Of a DNA stretch of 64,000 nt, positions 26,403 through 39,829 are shown piece by piece. Numbering within the stretch: position 1 is the first letter of the stretch; every line of letters starts with the position of its first letter. The position numbers were made by a program, and so were the translations under genes. Source of the stretch: Octopus vulgaris (taxonomy: Eukaryota); assembly GCA_951406725.2 (NCBI GenBank), contig OX597825.1, positions 57,536,001 to 57,600,000 on the forward strand, in the 5' to 3' direction. The notes beneath the pieces are model-generated. The model did not search any database, was not told where the DNA came from, and worked only from the letters and a program-made list of their open reading frames with translations.

Positions 26403-26791
26403 GGAATGGAAGCACTCCTTCGGTTTCGACGACGAGGGTTCCGGTTGATCCGAATCAACGGAACAGCCTGCTCGTGAAATTAACGTGTAAGTGGCTGAGC
26501 ACTCCACAGACACGTGTACCCTTAACGTAGTTCTCGGGGATATTCAGCGTGACACAGAGAGTGACAAGGCCGGCCCTTTGAAATACAGGTACAACAGAAA
26601 CAGGAAGTAAGAGTGAGAGAAAGTTGTGGTGAAAGAGTACAGCAGGGATCACCACCATCCCCTGCCGGAGCCTCGTGGAGCTTTAGGTGTTTTCGCTCAA
26701 TAAACACTCACAACGCCCGGTCTGGGAATCGAAACCGCGATCCTATGACCGCGAGTCCGCTGCCCTAACCACTGGGCCATTGCGCCTCCAC
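26403..26791 (-). mobile_element. SINE family A, full length, TSD taaaatatgagt
   Basis: 12-bp TSD at 26391 and 26792. Near-identical to the 22405 and 43388 copies. Confidence 0.93.
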
Positions 26792-26810
26792 TAAAATATG
26801 AGTATATGTA

Positions 26811-28436
26811 GAGCAGCGGCCATAATATAAAGGTCAGTAAGAACAATTGTATTGAAATAGTTATTATAGAGGATTAACAACACGCTGAGACTAGATATTT
26901 TACACATATTTAGATATATGTAATATCTATCTTTCGTGAAAATTTCAAGCGGATGAAATAAATATTTTGTAAGTTTTGAGGAAACAAACAATCTTCCAAA
27001 TTGTAGCGGCCAAATGTTAAGGGTCACTTAGAAAAATGAACTACTAACTGGGGTATTTGTTGTTTAGAAGACTATTAATGGGCTAACAGTTACTTCTCAT
27101 GATCTTACATTATTGGAACATTCAACTGTCAACATGGTGGCTTGTGAGAGACGACCGGTGTCCTGTGATGAAAAACAAAACATTGTGTGCCTTCACTAAA
27201 AGGGCAAGTCAGATTCTATTATAACAACTACTGTAGGAAGGCCTAGAAGTGTCGTGCAAAGAATTGTAGCTCGTTTTAAGTCATCAAGATCGATAGATAC
27301 TAAACCCCAAACCGTTAGACCTCGTAAAACTTCACCAAGGGAGGCTCGTATTATGGTTAGAATGTCACTGAAGGATTTGGCTTAAGAGTGCTGCTGAGAT
27401 AACCTGCGAGTTTTGTTCCACTTCCGATGTCAACGTAACAGGCCAAGCAGTTTCTCGGAGGTTACAAGGTTCTGGTTTGCATGCTCGAGCACCGGCAAAG
27501 AAATTTCTGATCACCAAGAAGAATCAAAGAGCCCGTCTTCGTTTCGCTCACGAACATGTTGTTTGGACAGAAGAACAGTGGTCGAAGGTTCATTTTAACG
27601 ATGAGTCGAAGTTTAATGTGATAGGTTCCGATGGCGGGATGTACGTCAGACGAAGAAGTGGCGGAAGATTATCTCGTGCATGTGTGAAGAAGACAGTGTA
27701 ATATGGAAGAGGCAGTGTAATTGTATTGGGAGTGATCTCTGCTGTTGGTCCCGGTCCACTTATTCACCTACAAGAGACTATGAATGCTGAAATCTACAAG
27801 CAGATTCTTAGACAGCATGCCCGTCCACACAACTCCGATCCTTGTCAATTCAACCTCCTATCTTCATGCAGGACAACGCTCCCTGCTACACCGCGCAGAG
27901 AGTCAAAGATTTTTTTGAGTGATGACGGTGTTGATCTCATGGACTAGCCACCTTAAATTCCCGATCTCAACCATATGGAAAACGTTTGGAAGATTATTGG
28001 AGATGGAGCGTGAAGGAGAAATCCAAAGAACCAAGATGAATTCTGGAAATTTTTGAAAAACGAATGGAACAATATTACTCCATCATTTTGCAAGAAATTA
28101 ATTCATTCCTCCGGTAAAAGATGTCAGGAGGTCATTGATAGTAAAGGGATGTTCACAAAATATTAATAGTGAGGGTTTCTTTTTTGTTCTTGTTCCATTT
28201 TTCATTGTTTTCTAAGTGGCCCTTAACTTTAGGCCGTTGCAGTTTGGAAGATTATTTGTTTATTTCCTCATAACTTACAAAATGTTAATTCCATTCACTT
28301 GAAATTTTTATGAAAGATAGATATTAGATATATCTAAATATGTGTAAAATATCTAGTCTCAACTCTTTGTTAATGTTCTATAATAAATATTTCAATACAC
28401 TTGTTCTTACTGACCCTCATATTATGGTCGCTACTG
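26811..28436 (+). mobile_element. Tc1-family DNA transposon with ~225-bp IR/DR-type TIRs and TA TSD
   Basis: 26811-27036 is the inverse of ~28207-28436. TA on both flanks. The agcggcca motif recurs at the inner and outer ends of the TIR. Confidence 0.92.
27134..28166 (+). pseudogene. Tc1 DDE transposase, disrupted
   Basis: HFNDESKFN, QDNAP and PDLNHMENVW motifs, with stops and frameshifts. Confidence 0.9.
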
Positions 28437-28546
28437 TATATATTTTTTATTGATATTTAGCTGAAGCAACAGAATGACTCAAGGACCGAGAGTTTCATAT
28501 GTTATTTGTGTGTGAGTATGCGTGCGTGTATAAATGTTCATGTACA

Positions 28547-28695
28547 GGCGCAGGAGTGGATGTGTGGTAAGTAGCTTGCTTACCAACCACATGGTTCCGG
28601 GTTCAGTCCCACTGCGTGACACCTTGGGCAAGTGTCTTATACTATAGCCTTGTGAGAGGATTTGGTAGACGGAAACTGAAAAGAAGCCCGTCGTA

Positions 28696-28726
<31 letters not shown>

Positions 28727-28950
28727 GCATGTGTTTGTATATGTTTGTGAGTCTGTTTGTCCCCCCAACATCGCTTGACAACCGATGCTGGTGCGTTTAC
28801 GTCCCCGTAACTTAGCGGTTCGGCAAAAGAGACCGATAGAATAAGTACTAGGCTTACAAAAAATAAGTCCTGGGGTCGATTTGCTCGACTAAAGGCGCTG
28901 CTCCAGCATGGCCGCAGTCAAATGTCTGAAACAAGTAAAAGAGTAAAAGA
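28547..28950 (+). mobile_element. SINE family C, near full length
   Basis: tRNA-like head (GGGTTCAGTCCC), CORE-like gaccttgggcaagtg, internal (TA)n, gtaaaaga tail. Confidence 0.88.
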
Positions 28951-28968
28951 ATATATGCATCCGCCCAT

Positions 28969-29017
<49 letters not shown>

Positions 29018-29270
29018 AATTGAGATAGGGGTTGTAAATGCAACCCTCCATGGGATAACATATATCCAATATACTGCTAGTGAAGTAACCAACAAAGTTA
29101 ATACATAAATGTTAAGAATTGCGATGCAATTAATTCATTTACTGTATTATATGGGCAAAGGTAAAATGTTTTACCACAAATTCATAATACAAAATAAGAA
29201 AATGGAGAAATACATCAATTCTCCATTTTCTTATTTTGTATATATATATATATCTGTAAATGTAATATGT

Positions 29271-29464
29271 GACAATTATTCGGTAGCCATGATAAAACTC
29301 CGAGTTTTGGATGTCGGGGTGGAAATCCACGTCGCTATCTCTTCAGTTATCCGGCCATCGGAAAAACATTTTTCCAATGGTCGGATAACTGAAGAGATGG
29401 CGGCGTGGATTTCCACCTCAGTATCCGAAACTCGGAGTTTTATCATGGCTACCGAATAATTGTC
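29271..29464. repeat. Imperfect ~194-bp palindrome made of two divergently oriented hammerhead-bearing PLE ends
   Basis: gacaattattcggtagccatgataaaactccgag... is the inverse of ...ctcggagttttatcatggctaccgaataattgtc, with almost no spacer. Confidence 0.9.
29384..29444 (+). ncRNA. Type I hammerhead ribozyme motif with intact core
   Basis: gataa CTGAAGA G...C GAAA CTC g GAG TT ttatc. 5-bp stem I and near-palindromic helix III. Confidence 0.8.
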
Positions 29465-29542
29465 ATTATATTTACAGATGAATTCCTCTATTTACATAAT
29501 ATCGAGGTATCTTTCATTCTTTTGTTGTCTTACTATTTTTAT

Positions 29543-29582
<40 letters not shown>

Positions 29583-29973
29583 TTCAGGAAAGAAAGGGTA
29601 GCATCCTCGAGCCATTATTTTCCCACAGCCTCAGAGACTAAGCAGCTTGAAGCGAGGAAGTCATCCTTAAACTAGAGACCTGATCCGAATGTTTGCCACA
29701 GAGTGAATTTCACTAAAGGCATTCAAGGGTCACGTGATCCAGGTGACAAGATTAAGTTTACCACCAAAGTAGCTCATGGCAAGATTCGAACATCAAACTG
29801 TAAAAGTCGGAACAAATACTGCCAGGTAACTCATGCAACGCTCAAACAATCCACTTATCCACCATCCTGGACCAGTACGTTCTTTTATGAATCCCTCCCG
29901 CAAAAGGAAAATTGAGCTCAACGGGGTTTAAACTCAGAATTAAGATGATATCGGTAGTAGTAGTTGTTAATGT

Positions 29974-30318
29974 GTGGAGGCGCAATGGCCCAGTGGTTAA
30001 GGCAGCGGACTCGCGGTCGTAGGATCGCGGTTTCAATTCCCAGACCGAGCGTTGTGAGCGAAAACACCTAAAAGCTCCACGAGGCTCCGACAGGGATGGT
30101 GGTGATCCCTGCTGTACTCTTTCACCACAACTTTCTCGCACTCTTACTTCCTGTTTCTGTTGTACCTGTGTCACGCTGAATATCCCCGAGAACTACGTTA
30201 AGGGTACACGTGTCTGTGGAGTGCTCAGCCACTTACACGTTAATTTCACGAGCAGGCTGTTCCGTTGATCGGATCAACCGGAACCCTCGTCGTCGTAACC
30301 GACGGAGTGCTTCCATCC
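29974..30318 (+). mobile_element. SINE family A with internal deletions, TSD agttgttaatgt
   Basis: 12-bp TSD at 29962 and 30319. Confidence 0.92.
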
Positions 30319-31845
30319 AGTTGTTAATGTCGGTAAATGTTGTGATTTCTTCACTCTCGAAGTGTTTTTTTTATGTGTATGTTTGTGATTTTGTCCCAGA
30401 GATTTTAGAGTTTTATATTTCAGGGGTGGTGGCGGGGTTGTCTGATAGAAGTCAGACATGTTACTGTGGGGGGTATTTGAGAGATAATTATTGAGAAATA
30501 TCTAATAAGGGTCACTTGGCGCTGGAGCATCGGTATGTTAATTGAAGTATGCTATTACGACCTGGGGTACGTTGTAGCTAACGATGGATGATAATAACGA
30601 CGCTGTTGCTTGCTACTTTATATAGTGTTTTAATGTGTTTTGTGGTGCATTTTAGATAAAAACGACAAACGTTTTGCAGTTGTGCTTTTATTTCCCATAG
30701 TTTATTGTTTTTTTTTTGTTATTTTCTTGTTTAGTTGTTTGATGCTTACTTTATTTCTGTTGTGTATTTTATAGGTGTATTATGTTTGAGGTTGTCCCTT
30801 GTTTTTATCAAGTTTGCTATTTCCGTTGTGTAATTGGGGTTGTAGTTTTTATATTGTTTTTAAAGCATATTCTTCTTTTCTTGATGCGCCTATAATTATT
30901 TTGTTAAATCTATGTACTTCAGCATTTATATTTTTCTGTTTTTCATGTATTTTGTAAAAGCGTTTTTGTTCTCTTTATGTGAAAGTATTGTGATGAAGAT
31001 GGGTAGGTAGTCAAAGGAGGGTCGGTTATAATGATTAGATATATGAAACAGGTGTTGTGTAGGGAAGAGTTGTTGCAGTGAGGTTGGTGAGGTATGTCCG
31101 TATATTAGTGTGGTTTGTTTTAGGATGTTTTGTTTTGACGCTATCGTGTCAGCTTATACGCTATCCATATTGTTTTAGCACCAGAATGTATTGTGAGCAT
31201 TGAAGATTTTATTAAATGAGGGAATTTGAGCGAGTGTTAAAGTCCTGTATTTGGAGTTTGTAACCTAGTGGGATAGTTGGTGATGTCACTGGCCGTATAT
31301 GTATATATATATATATATTATATATATATATATAGTTAACAAATAAGATCAAGAGATTCACTTAGTAGAAAACACTTAGTACACTCAAATGATTTGAATT
31401 TACACTCCAAAATATTTACCAGGGACCAAATCCGCGGGGGTAAAGAGTGGCTATAAGAGAAATCCAGGTGACAATTTTTGCGAATAGAGAAATAAAAATG
31501 TTGATATACAAAATATATATACATGTATACATGTAAATAGAGAGAAAGCAAAGGGTGAACATTTTCAGACGATAAATATTCAAGTATAAATATATAGATA
31601 TTTATATATTAACAGAGCAAACTTACACAGATTACAGAAGACTGGGAAAATTAAAGGGGAGAAGGTATGGTGTTACAAGTTTGGCAGCTGTCTCTGGGGG
31701 CTCAGAGATCCTTCATAATGTTGGCAGATGTAGTTCACAAGAATATGCTACCAATAACGGAAGCAAATGAGCACTGGATAAATCCAGCCTCCGTCTTCGG
31801 GATAGAGATAAATCAGATCATGATACAGAGAAGTTTATATATATA

Positions 31846-34800
31846 CTAGACTATTCGTGACCCGTTGGATCATTGACGGTTTAGAAAACATAGAAGCCGA
31901 TTTCAACATTGCATTGAAATGAAAGTTAATTTTAATGATGATTGAGTTAAATACTTCAGTTTCTTTCGTGTCTGGTTTACAAGTTCATATTTAAGGCTTT
32001 ATTGATTATTCACAGCATCTAATAGAAATAAACTTTGCTGTGGCGACTGTCACGACACCCTCTGCGAAAACAGACTGGCCGAGCGACTATAAATGAGTGA
32101 AATGAGACAGAGAGTAGGTGTTAATCGCAGGAAGTTGTAAGGAATATTGTTTGTTGGTTCGTATATAGCTCGTGGAGATTTTGTCGGATTGTTACGTTGT
32201 TGTTACCCTGCTTCGTTATATGTTTATTGTTACTACACGGCTACAGTGTAAAAAAGTAGCGTCATAACTATTGGCGATACAATATTAGCAACGAGGATTC
32301 GAAGCTCATGCAGATCAGTTAACACATTTTTGTGATACAAGGTTATTAATTACGGAAGATCTATTAGCTTCTATAATACAGTTGCAAAAGCAACAACAGG
32401 AGTAGCAGTAACAACAACAAGAGTCGAACAGGAGTTGCTGGAATTAATAAGGAAGTCTGGAAATACTATATATTTCTTTACTACCCACAAGGGGCTAATC
32501 TGGAAATACTATAAGTTCGTTTTCACTAGAGGGTGTATCGAACTTTATAACAGAATTCAGTTATAACCCTAAGGAGGGTATAATGCTTGCAGCGTACTTT
32601 AGAAGATACGAAAAAATATTTAGGGAAGATGCAAGTCGTGGACGGACGAGGAAAAGGTACGACTATTATTACGTAAATTTACTCCGCCAGAGCATGAAAA
32701 ATATTGTAATTTTATATGACATAAAAAATAAGTGAAATTTGCTTCCAGGAAACAATCGAATTACTATAAAAAATGTTCAGTGATAAGAATTCCCTATTTA
32801 ACACTTGATGGGAGTGTTGGAATTTAGTTTCAAAAGAGGATGAAGACATTGTCACGAATACTGTAAATAGAATGTGCGAAAGGTTTAAACTGAAAGAACT
32901 AACTCCTGATATGTTTAAGTACCTCATTTTTGTACAAGGGCTGACGGCAAACAAAGATGCGGAGATACGTGCAAGAATTCTCATAAAACTTGAACAAGCA
33001 GATCAGAGTTTAACCCTGCAGACAGTTGCAAAGAATGGTTAACTTGCGACAGGACGTAAAAAAAGAAAAAATGGAGAGAAGAATTTCTCACAAATACAGG
33101 CATGTCGACCGGGAAGGAATAAAAAAAAAATGTTAGGACCAAACCCATGCTACGGATGTGGAGGCCTACATTTCAGGAAGGACTGTCCTTTCAAAACGCG
33201 GAAATGTTACAGCTGCCAAAAAATAGGACATAAGAGCTCACATGAAGAGCAAAGTTAAGAAGATTGAAGATAAAAAATTCTAAAGTTTTCTCAACGGAAA
33301 GTAGAAACGACACCAAAAAGAGGGAATTTGTACATGTAAAAGTAAACGAAGTGAATGTGATATTACAACTAGGTACTGGTAGCGACATTTCGATTATTGA
33401 TACCGAAACGTGGGAAATAATTGGGAAATCTACGCTAAGAAAAACATTGAAAATTGAGCGAGGCGTAACAGGTGAAAAACTACGCTTCGTAAGCGAAATG
33501 TGGAGTGATATTACATTCCGTGGTAAAACCTGTAGAGCAAAAGTTTTCGTATTAAGAAATGCAACCATTCTGTTCGGTATGGGCTGGATGAAGTTGTTTG
33601 ACTTATGGGACCTCCCCATAAGTTTGTACTATAAAACAATAAACGTCTGCCCCACCAGTAAAAACAACTCATCAGATTATTTGAAGAAAAATTTAAAAAC
33701 TTGTTCCCTGAAGTACTGTCGGATAAATTAGGTCTCTGTACTAAGACTGAAGCGTGTTTTCAAATAAATGAAAACGTCGTACCTGTGTTCGAACTCGATA
33801 GAAATCTTTTGCTGCGATAAAACAGGTAGATGAAGAATTAGACAAATTAGAGAGAAATGGAATTATTCAGAAAGTGGAATATTCTAAATGGGCAGTACCA
33901 ACTGTGTGTATTAAAAAAAAAAAAGAATAACAAAATCAGGGTATGTGTCAATTTTTCTACTGGTTTGAACGACTGTCTAAAACTGTGCCCCTATCCGCTA
34001 CCTACTCCGGAGGATATTTTTGCAAAATTAAACGGTCGCAAGATATTTTCGAAATTGGATCTGTCTGATGCGTACCTACAAATTAAAGTAGACGAGGAAC
34101 GCTCGAATTTTCCATCAGCGAATACCCATAAAGGACTTTATATTTATAACAGATTGCCATTTGGTCTAAAAGTCGCGCCTGCAATTTTTCAACAGATTAT
34201 GGATGCGATATTAGCAGACTAAATTCGTGATTCTATAACTGGATGAAGTATTAATTAAAAGTGAATCTCATTATCAGCCTGTTGAGAATGTAAAGTGAGT
34301 TTTTGAAAAAATAAGAGATTACGGTTTCACACTGAGTGAGGAGAATTGTGAATCTTTTTACCTAAAGTATTTAGGACAAATTATTGATAGAAATGGAAGA
34401 CGACCGATCCCATCGAGGGCTGACGCAATAAAAAATATTTCTCCTCCGACTAATGTAACGACCTTAAAGCTTTTCTAGGTCTAGAGAATTAATATCAAAA
34501 TAACATACCAAACATGTATAAAGTGAACAATTTGTTAAAAAGGGATGTGAAGTGGCATTGGTCAAATAATTGTCAAAATGCGTTGACAATATTAAAAAAA
34601 TATTAATATCGGATTTATTGCTGGCTCATTTCGATTCTGCAGCGGAGATTGTTGCAGCGTCTGATGCTTGCCCATTTGATCTCGGGTGGTAGGGTGAGGT
34701 AAAATGTACTTGACTATGCATTTTGCGGAAATTTTTGAACTAGTATTCTGTAAATTGTGTTCCATTGTCCGATACTATGGTGTCCGTAACTCCGTATCGA

Positions 34801-36768
34801 GCAAAAAGTTCGTGCAGGCATAGGAGCAGTAATGCTACACAAATATAATGATGGTAATATGAAGGCGGTGGTTCATGCCTCATGTTCTCTGATAGCTGCA
34901 GAGTAAAACTATAGGCAAATAGAGAAATTAAAAACTTTCTGTGTAATGTTATTCAGGAGCTGTCAGTGACTGTACAAGATCTAAAAAGTAAACCAGTGGA
35001 CGACAAGTCATTTTTCACTCTGCGACGATGTATTAATGTACGCACAAAGAGTGGTAGTACCAACTGCACTACAGAAACTCGTATTACAGGAATTTCATAG
35101 TGGACACCCGGGGATGTCAAGAATGAAAGCCTTGATATGTTTTGGCTGACAATGGAAAGGAACATTGAAAATTTGTTAAAATTATTTAGAGGTTGTGCGC
35201 TAGCAGACAAGGCACCACCGGTGAAATACCAGTCGTTGCCTGAGACTGATAGTCCGCGATCCAGGGTACATATAGACTACGCTGGACCGGTGAATGGCGC
35301 TTACTATTTGATCCTTGTTGATAACTTTACCAAGTGACCGGAAGCATGTAGGTGCAGTCAACCAACCTCGAAGGAACAATAAAGTTCCTGCACGAACTTT
35401 TTGCTCGATACGGAGTTACGGAAACCATAGTATCGGACAATGGAACACAATTTACAGGATACGAGTTCAAAAATTTCTGCAAAATGCATGCAGTCAAGCA
35501 CATTTTACCTCGCCCTACCACCCGAGATCAAGTGGGCAAGCAGAACGATTCGTAGACACTTTTAAGTGAGCACTCAAAAAAAGCAAGGAATGAGTTTGGA
35601 AATGACGAAGCGCTAACTCAATTCTTAAGGGTGTACAGAATAATGCACAATTCGAATATCCGTTCAGGCAAGTCACTTGCAGAGCTAATGTTCGCCCGGA
35701 AGATAAAACTATCTCCGACAAATTGTTGCTCCCCACCCCCCCAAAACATATAGAGAAATACAAAAAATTCAACAAAACATTTTGATATGGGAGACAAAGT
35801 CCAAGTCCAGTTCAATATATACAAGAAGGTTGGGAGGACTAAAAGAATTGGAAACATGATGTATTTAATAAAAGGCCAACCATGGGAGTATAAACGACAC
35901 CTAAATCAATTAAAAAAACTAGACATACGGAAGAAATGAAGGAAATTCCATGTTCGATGTGCCAGCACCAAAAGAGATTGAGCCTAGAAGAAGCAGTAAT
36001 AGAAAACGTAAACAGACTGAACATTTAAAAATAAAAGGGAGAGTGCTGGAAAGAGAAAAATAATAAAAATAAAATAAATTTCGTTTCCTACGGGAGTTGA
36101 AATCTCAAAAGGGGAGATGTTGTGGCGAGAGTCACGACACCCCCTGCGAGAATAGACTGACCGAACAGTTATAAATAGTAGCGATCTGAGTGAGACACGA
36201 GACAGAGAGTAGGTGTTAATCGCAGGTAGTCGTAAGATGTCGTTTTGGTAGTTTGTCGGTTTGTTGGTTCGTGGGGAGTTTCTTGGATTGTTACGTTTTT
36301 GTTACCCTGATTCGTTATGTTTATTGTTACAACATGGTTACATTGTAAAAAAGTATCATCATAACACCTGGCGATACAACAAACTTGTACTTCAGTAACA
36401 GTATTTATTTATGGCATATGTGCACACTTCTACAAAAATGCAAGAGAATTGTTACATAACGTAAACATAAAGTTAATGGAAACAACTTTCACAGTATTAT
36501 ATATTCCCATTTCAGGGTTATGTTACTTTCGGAGTATTTTCCCCATTATGCGCTGTTTTGGCTACTTATGAAGGTGCCCCCTCCAAAAAAAGCTCCGCGC
36601 ATCTCGGTCCGATTGACGCGAAACTTGTTTTATTCCGTCTGTATTCACATTTCAAGGGCAATTACTCTCAGAGTATTTTCCCATTATGAGCTGGTTTGGC
36701 TGTATTAAATTACAGACAAGCACGCACGTAAGCAAGCAAGCAATCAGAAAGTTTTAGCAGTATACAGA
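31846..36768 (-). mobile_element. Non-autonomous Helitron split by the Gypsy insertion
   Basis: CTAG at 31846 next to hairpin ccgttgg..tgacgg. TC 5' end at 36768 next to a (GCAA)n tract. Related fragment at ~37795-37910. Confidence 0.65.
32036..36381 (+). mobile_element. Two-LTR degenerate Ty3/Gypsy (Mag-like) retrotransposon
   Basis: LTRs at 32036-32284 and 36118-36381. TSD AACTT on both sides. Decayed tRNA-Ser-type PBS (tagcaacgaggat) and PPT aaaaggggaga. Gag knuckle CYGCGGLHFRKDC, protease LGTGSDISII, RT SKLDLSDAYLQ/RLPFGL, integrase HIDYAGP/SDNGTQF. Confidence 0.95.
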
Positions 36769-36891
36769 TTGAGAGATAAACTTTAAGACATATGGAGCAG
36801 TCAAATTGTTATTAAAAAGTTTATGTAACTCCTAGTAAATGTGTTGAGGCTAACTTTCTCTTCTTTCTCCCCCCCACACATATATATGATA

Positions 36892-36941
<50 letters not shown>

Positions 36942-37038
36942 ATGTGTGTGTCTATATATATACATAATATATAGATCGTCATGATAGATCGGTAGCCACT
37001 ATACACATTTTTTTCTCTCCTTATTTCTTTCTGTGTTC

Positions 37039-37074
37039 CTTTCTGTAGAAGAGCGTAGGCTCGAAACGTAAAAG
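37039..37074 (+). ncRNA. Minimal hammerhead-like motif (A6>U variant) in a short PLE-type end between microsatellites
   Basis: cttt CTGTAGA a GAGC gtag GCTC GAAAC GTA aaag. Confidence 0.55.
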
Positions 37075-37164
37075 ACTTGTTCAATTCCTGAGCGTTATAC
37101 TAATACATCTGTTTGTTTTCTATACCACCTGTCTTCGTCTTTTTTTTTACGTGAATTCTCCCCT

Positions 37165-37513
37165 ATATGTGTGTGTGTGTGTGTGTATGTATATATATGT
37201 GTGTGTATGTATATATGTGTGTGTATGTATATATGTGTGTATATATATATATATATGTGTGTGTATATATATATATGTGTATGTATGTATATATGTATGT
37301 ATATATATATATGTATGTATATGTGTATGTATATATATATATATGTGTGTGTATGTATGTATATATGTGTGTGTATGTATGTATATGTGTATGTATATAT
37401 ATGTATATATATATGTGTGTATGTATATATATATGTGTATGTATGTATATATATATGTGTATGTATGTATATATATGTGTGTATGTATGTATGTATATAT
37501 ATATGTATGTATG

Positions 37514-37556
<43 letters not shown>
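37165..37556. repeat. Compound (TA)/(TG)/(TATG) microsatellite
   Basis: Directly visible. Confidence 0.95.
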
Positions 37557-38681
37557 ACTTTCCACTAAACTATCGAGGATGATAAGTAATTATCTTTTTC
37601 TTATCTTTTACTTGTTTCAGCCATTTGATTGCGGCCATACTGGGGCACCGTCTTAGAGGGTTTTAGTCGAACAAATTAACACTAGAGCTTATTTTTTAAA
37701 GCCTGGTACTTGTTCTATCGGTATTCTTCTGCTGAACTGCTAAGTTACGGGGACGTAAACGCACTAACACCGGTTTTCAAGCGGTGGCGTCTATTTATGA
37801 AGGTCCACCCCCAAACAAAAACGCGCATCTCGGTCTGATTGGCGCGAAACTTGTTTTATTCCGTTTTTATTTACATTCCAGGGGCACTTTCAGTGTATTT
37901 TCCCTATTATGTGCCGGGATATGTTGGGAGGGATAAGGTGAATGGGTAGGGTGGAGGGGTAGCAGTTGAGGGGGGAAAAGGGGGCGGGTAAAGGTGGTGC
38001 GGGTGTGACGTGGGAGAGCTGGGGCACGGTCAGCGGGTCGCGCCTGGTCAAGGAGAGTTTAGATAATGGTGAGGGGATATTCACGTCTGGCGAGCCATGA
38101 GTTGGGACTGGGTCTCAAAGTCATGGTCATCACTGCAGAGCTGGCGTAGACGGAGGAACCAGGAGTAGGAGATAGAGGGCTTGGTGAGGGTAGGGTGGAA
38201 TATATACTCTACTCTTAAGTACATTATTTAGTGTATTTATCCATCTTCACGGCTGTTGTGTACAGATCTGAAGGAGTTTTGTCTGTAAAGAATGCGTAGC
38301 AGGTTGTTCGACTACGTAGGGAGTTTATCGTTGACTCGCAAAAGCCTTAGGCATCCATTCACGCAATGAAGCAAGGGAGACGCTACGGCGGCCATCATCA
38401 CATCATCACGACGACCACGACCATGATCTCGACCACCACGACATCCGTCACCACGACTACTACTACTACCGCCGCCGCCATCATCACCATCGTCGTGCCG
38501 CCATCGCCACCACCACCACCACCACCACCATCATCATCATCAGTTGCAGTAAAAAAAGTAACAACATGCCTTTTGTTTTTTGAATGAAAGAAAGGTTGAT
38601 GTGTTAATTCGTTGCCCATTACGGACGGACACCTGTTGTGACCCTCAACGAAAAAGAAAATGATTGATAATTAATTACACA

Positions 38682-38740
<59 letters not shown>

Positions 38741-39013
38741 ACATACACACACACACACACACACAGTGTGTGTATGAGTCTTGCGTGCATACCAAGTATA
38801 TGTCAAGCATCTCAAAATCTGATAACTATTAACCCAGTAAAAACATTTTGTTTAAAGTAGTATTGGGTAAGGAGAGGTAGTGGGGAAGTTGGCGCTGGTA
38901 GTGGTGGCCATGGTGTTTGTTATATATATATATAAATACACAGACCTATGTTTGTATGCATGTGTATGTATGTATTTATAACGGTGGATAAACATGCCCT
39001 AAGAGTATGAATG

Positions 39014-39044
<31 letters not shown>

Positions 39045-39223
39045 CACATCTCTCTATCTTTCTGAACACACACACACACACACTCTCTCTCTCTTTCTCT
39101 CTCACACACATATTCTTTATGTAAACCACCTCAATCACGACGATCTCCGCACAAATTGTGTCCTTGTAATGGCACCCACATCCTCGCCCCTGTAGCTAAT
39201 TATCATCATCATCATTATTATTA

Positions 39224-39749
39224 TTGAGTGAGAGAGCAGTGCATGTCATCAAAGTGACACTGGGGTACAAACATACGAAGCCCAGTATACCCATCATAAC
39301 TACCCGTCTGATAAGAGTACACTAGGCACATGCATCACAACTATATATGCGCGACATGGTGATCTCATATCAAGATAAACAGCACATGACCTTGCAGGTG
39401 GGGCCCAGTTAGAATTTTCTTCTGGTCGAGTAGCTCATCCCGCTCAAAAGGTCCCTGAATAAGGGTTGTTTAAGGATGTTGAACGAAACACCCATATTTC
39501 CAGAGTTGAATTATTCAAACCCCAAAGAATCCCTCTCAACACATGGCTATGATTCTCCCCCACTATTTCTGCTCGTGATGAGAGATGTACATATCTTCAT
39601 CCACTAAAGGACATACTCAACTGGTTAAGGTCAAACAACTGACAAGCAAATCTGTGGTATTGAGCAGAATATTTGCTGTAGCCCATCTTTTATACCGCGA
39701 CAAACAATGTATATGATAATACTTTCAATCAGTTAAGATCAGAAGCCAT
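39224..39749 (-). mobile_element. Family D non-coding retroposon inserted in (TAA)n
   Basis: Reverse complement of 45095-45630, with TAA-type repeats on both sides. Confidence 0.85.
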
Positions 39750-39761
39750 TTATTATTACTA

Positions 39762-39829
<68 letters not shown>

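Noticed and set aside
30480-31290. Penelope endonuclease remnant on the minus strand
   Set aside because: Only vague Cys-containing fragments, too decayed to assign by eye.
38366-38587. His/Thr/Pro-rich host exon
   Set aside because: Trinucleotide low-complexity tract with no convincing splice context. The (CAA)n run at 24510-24660 and the (GAC/GAT)n run at 62600-62650 are rejected likewise.
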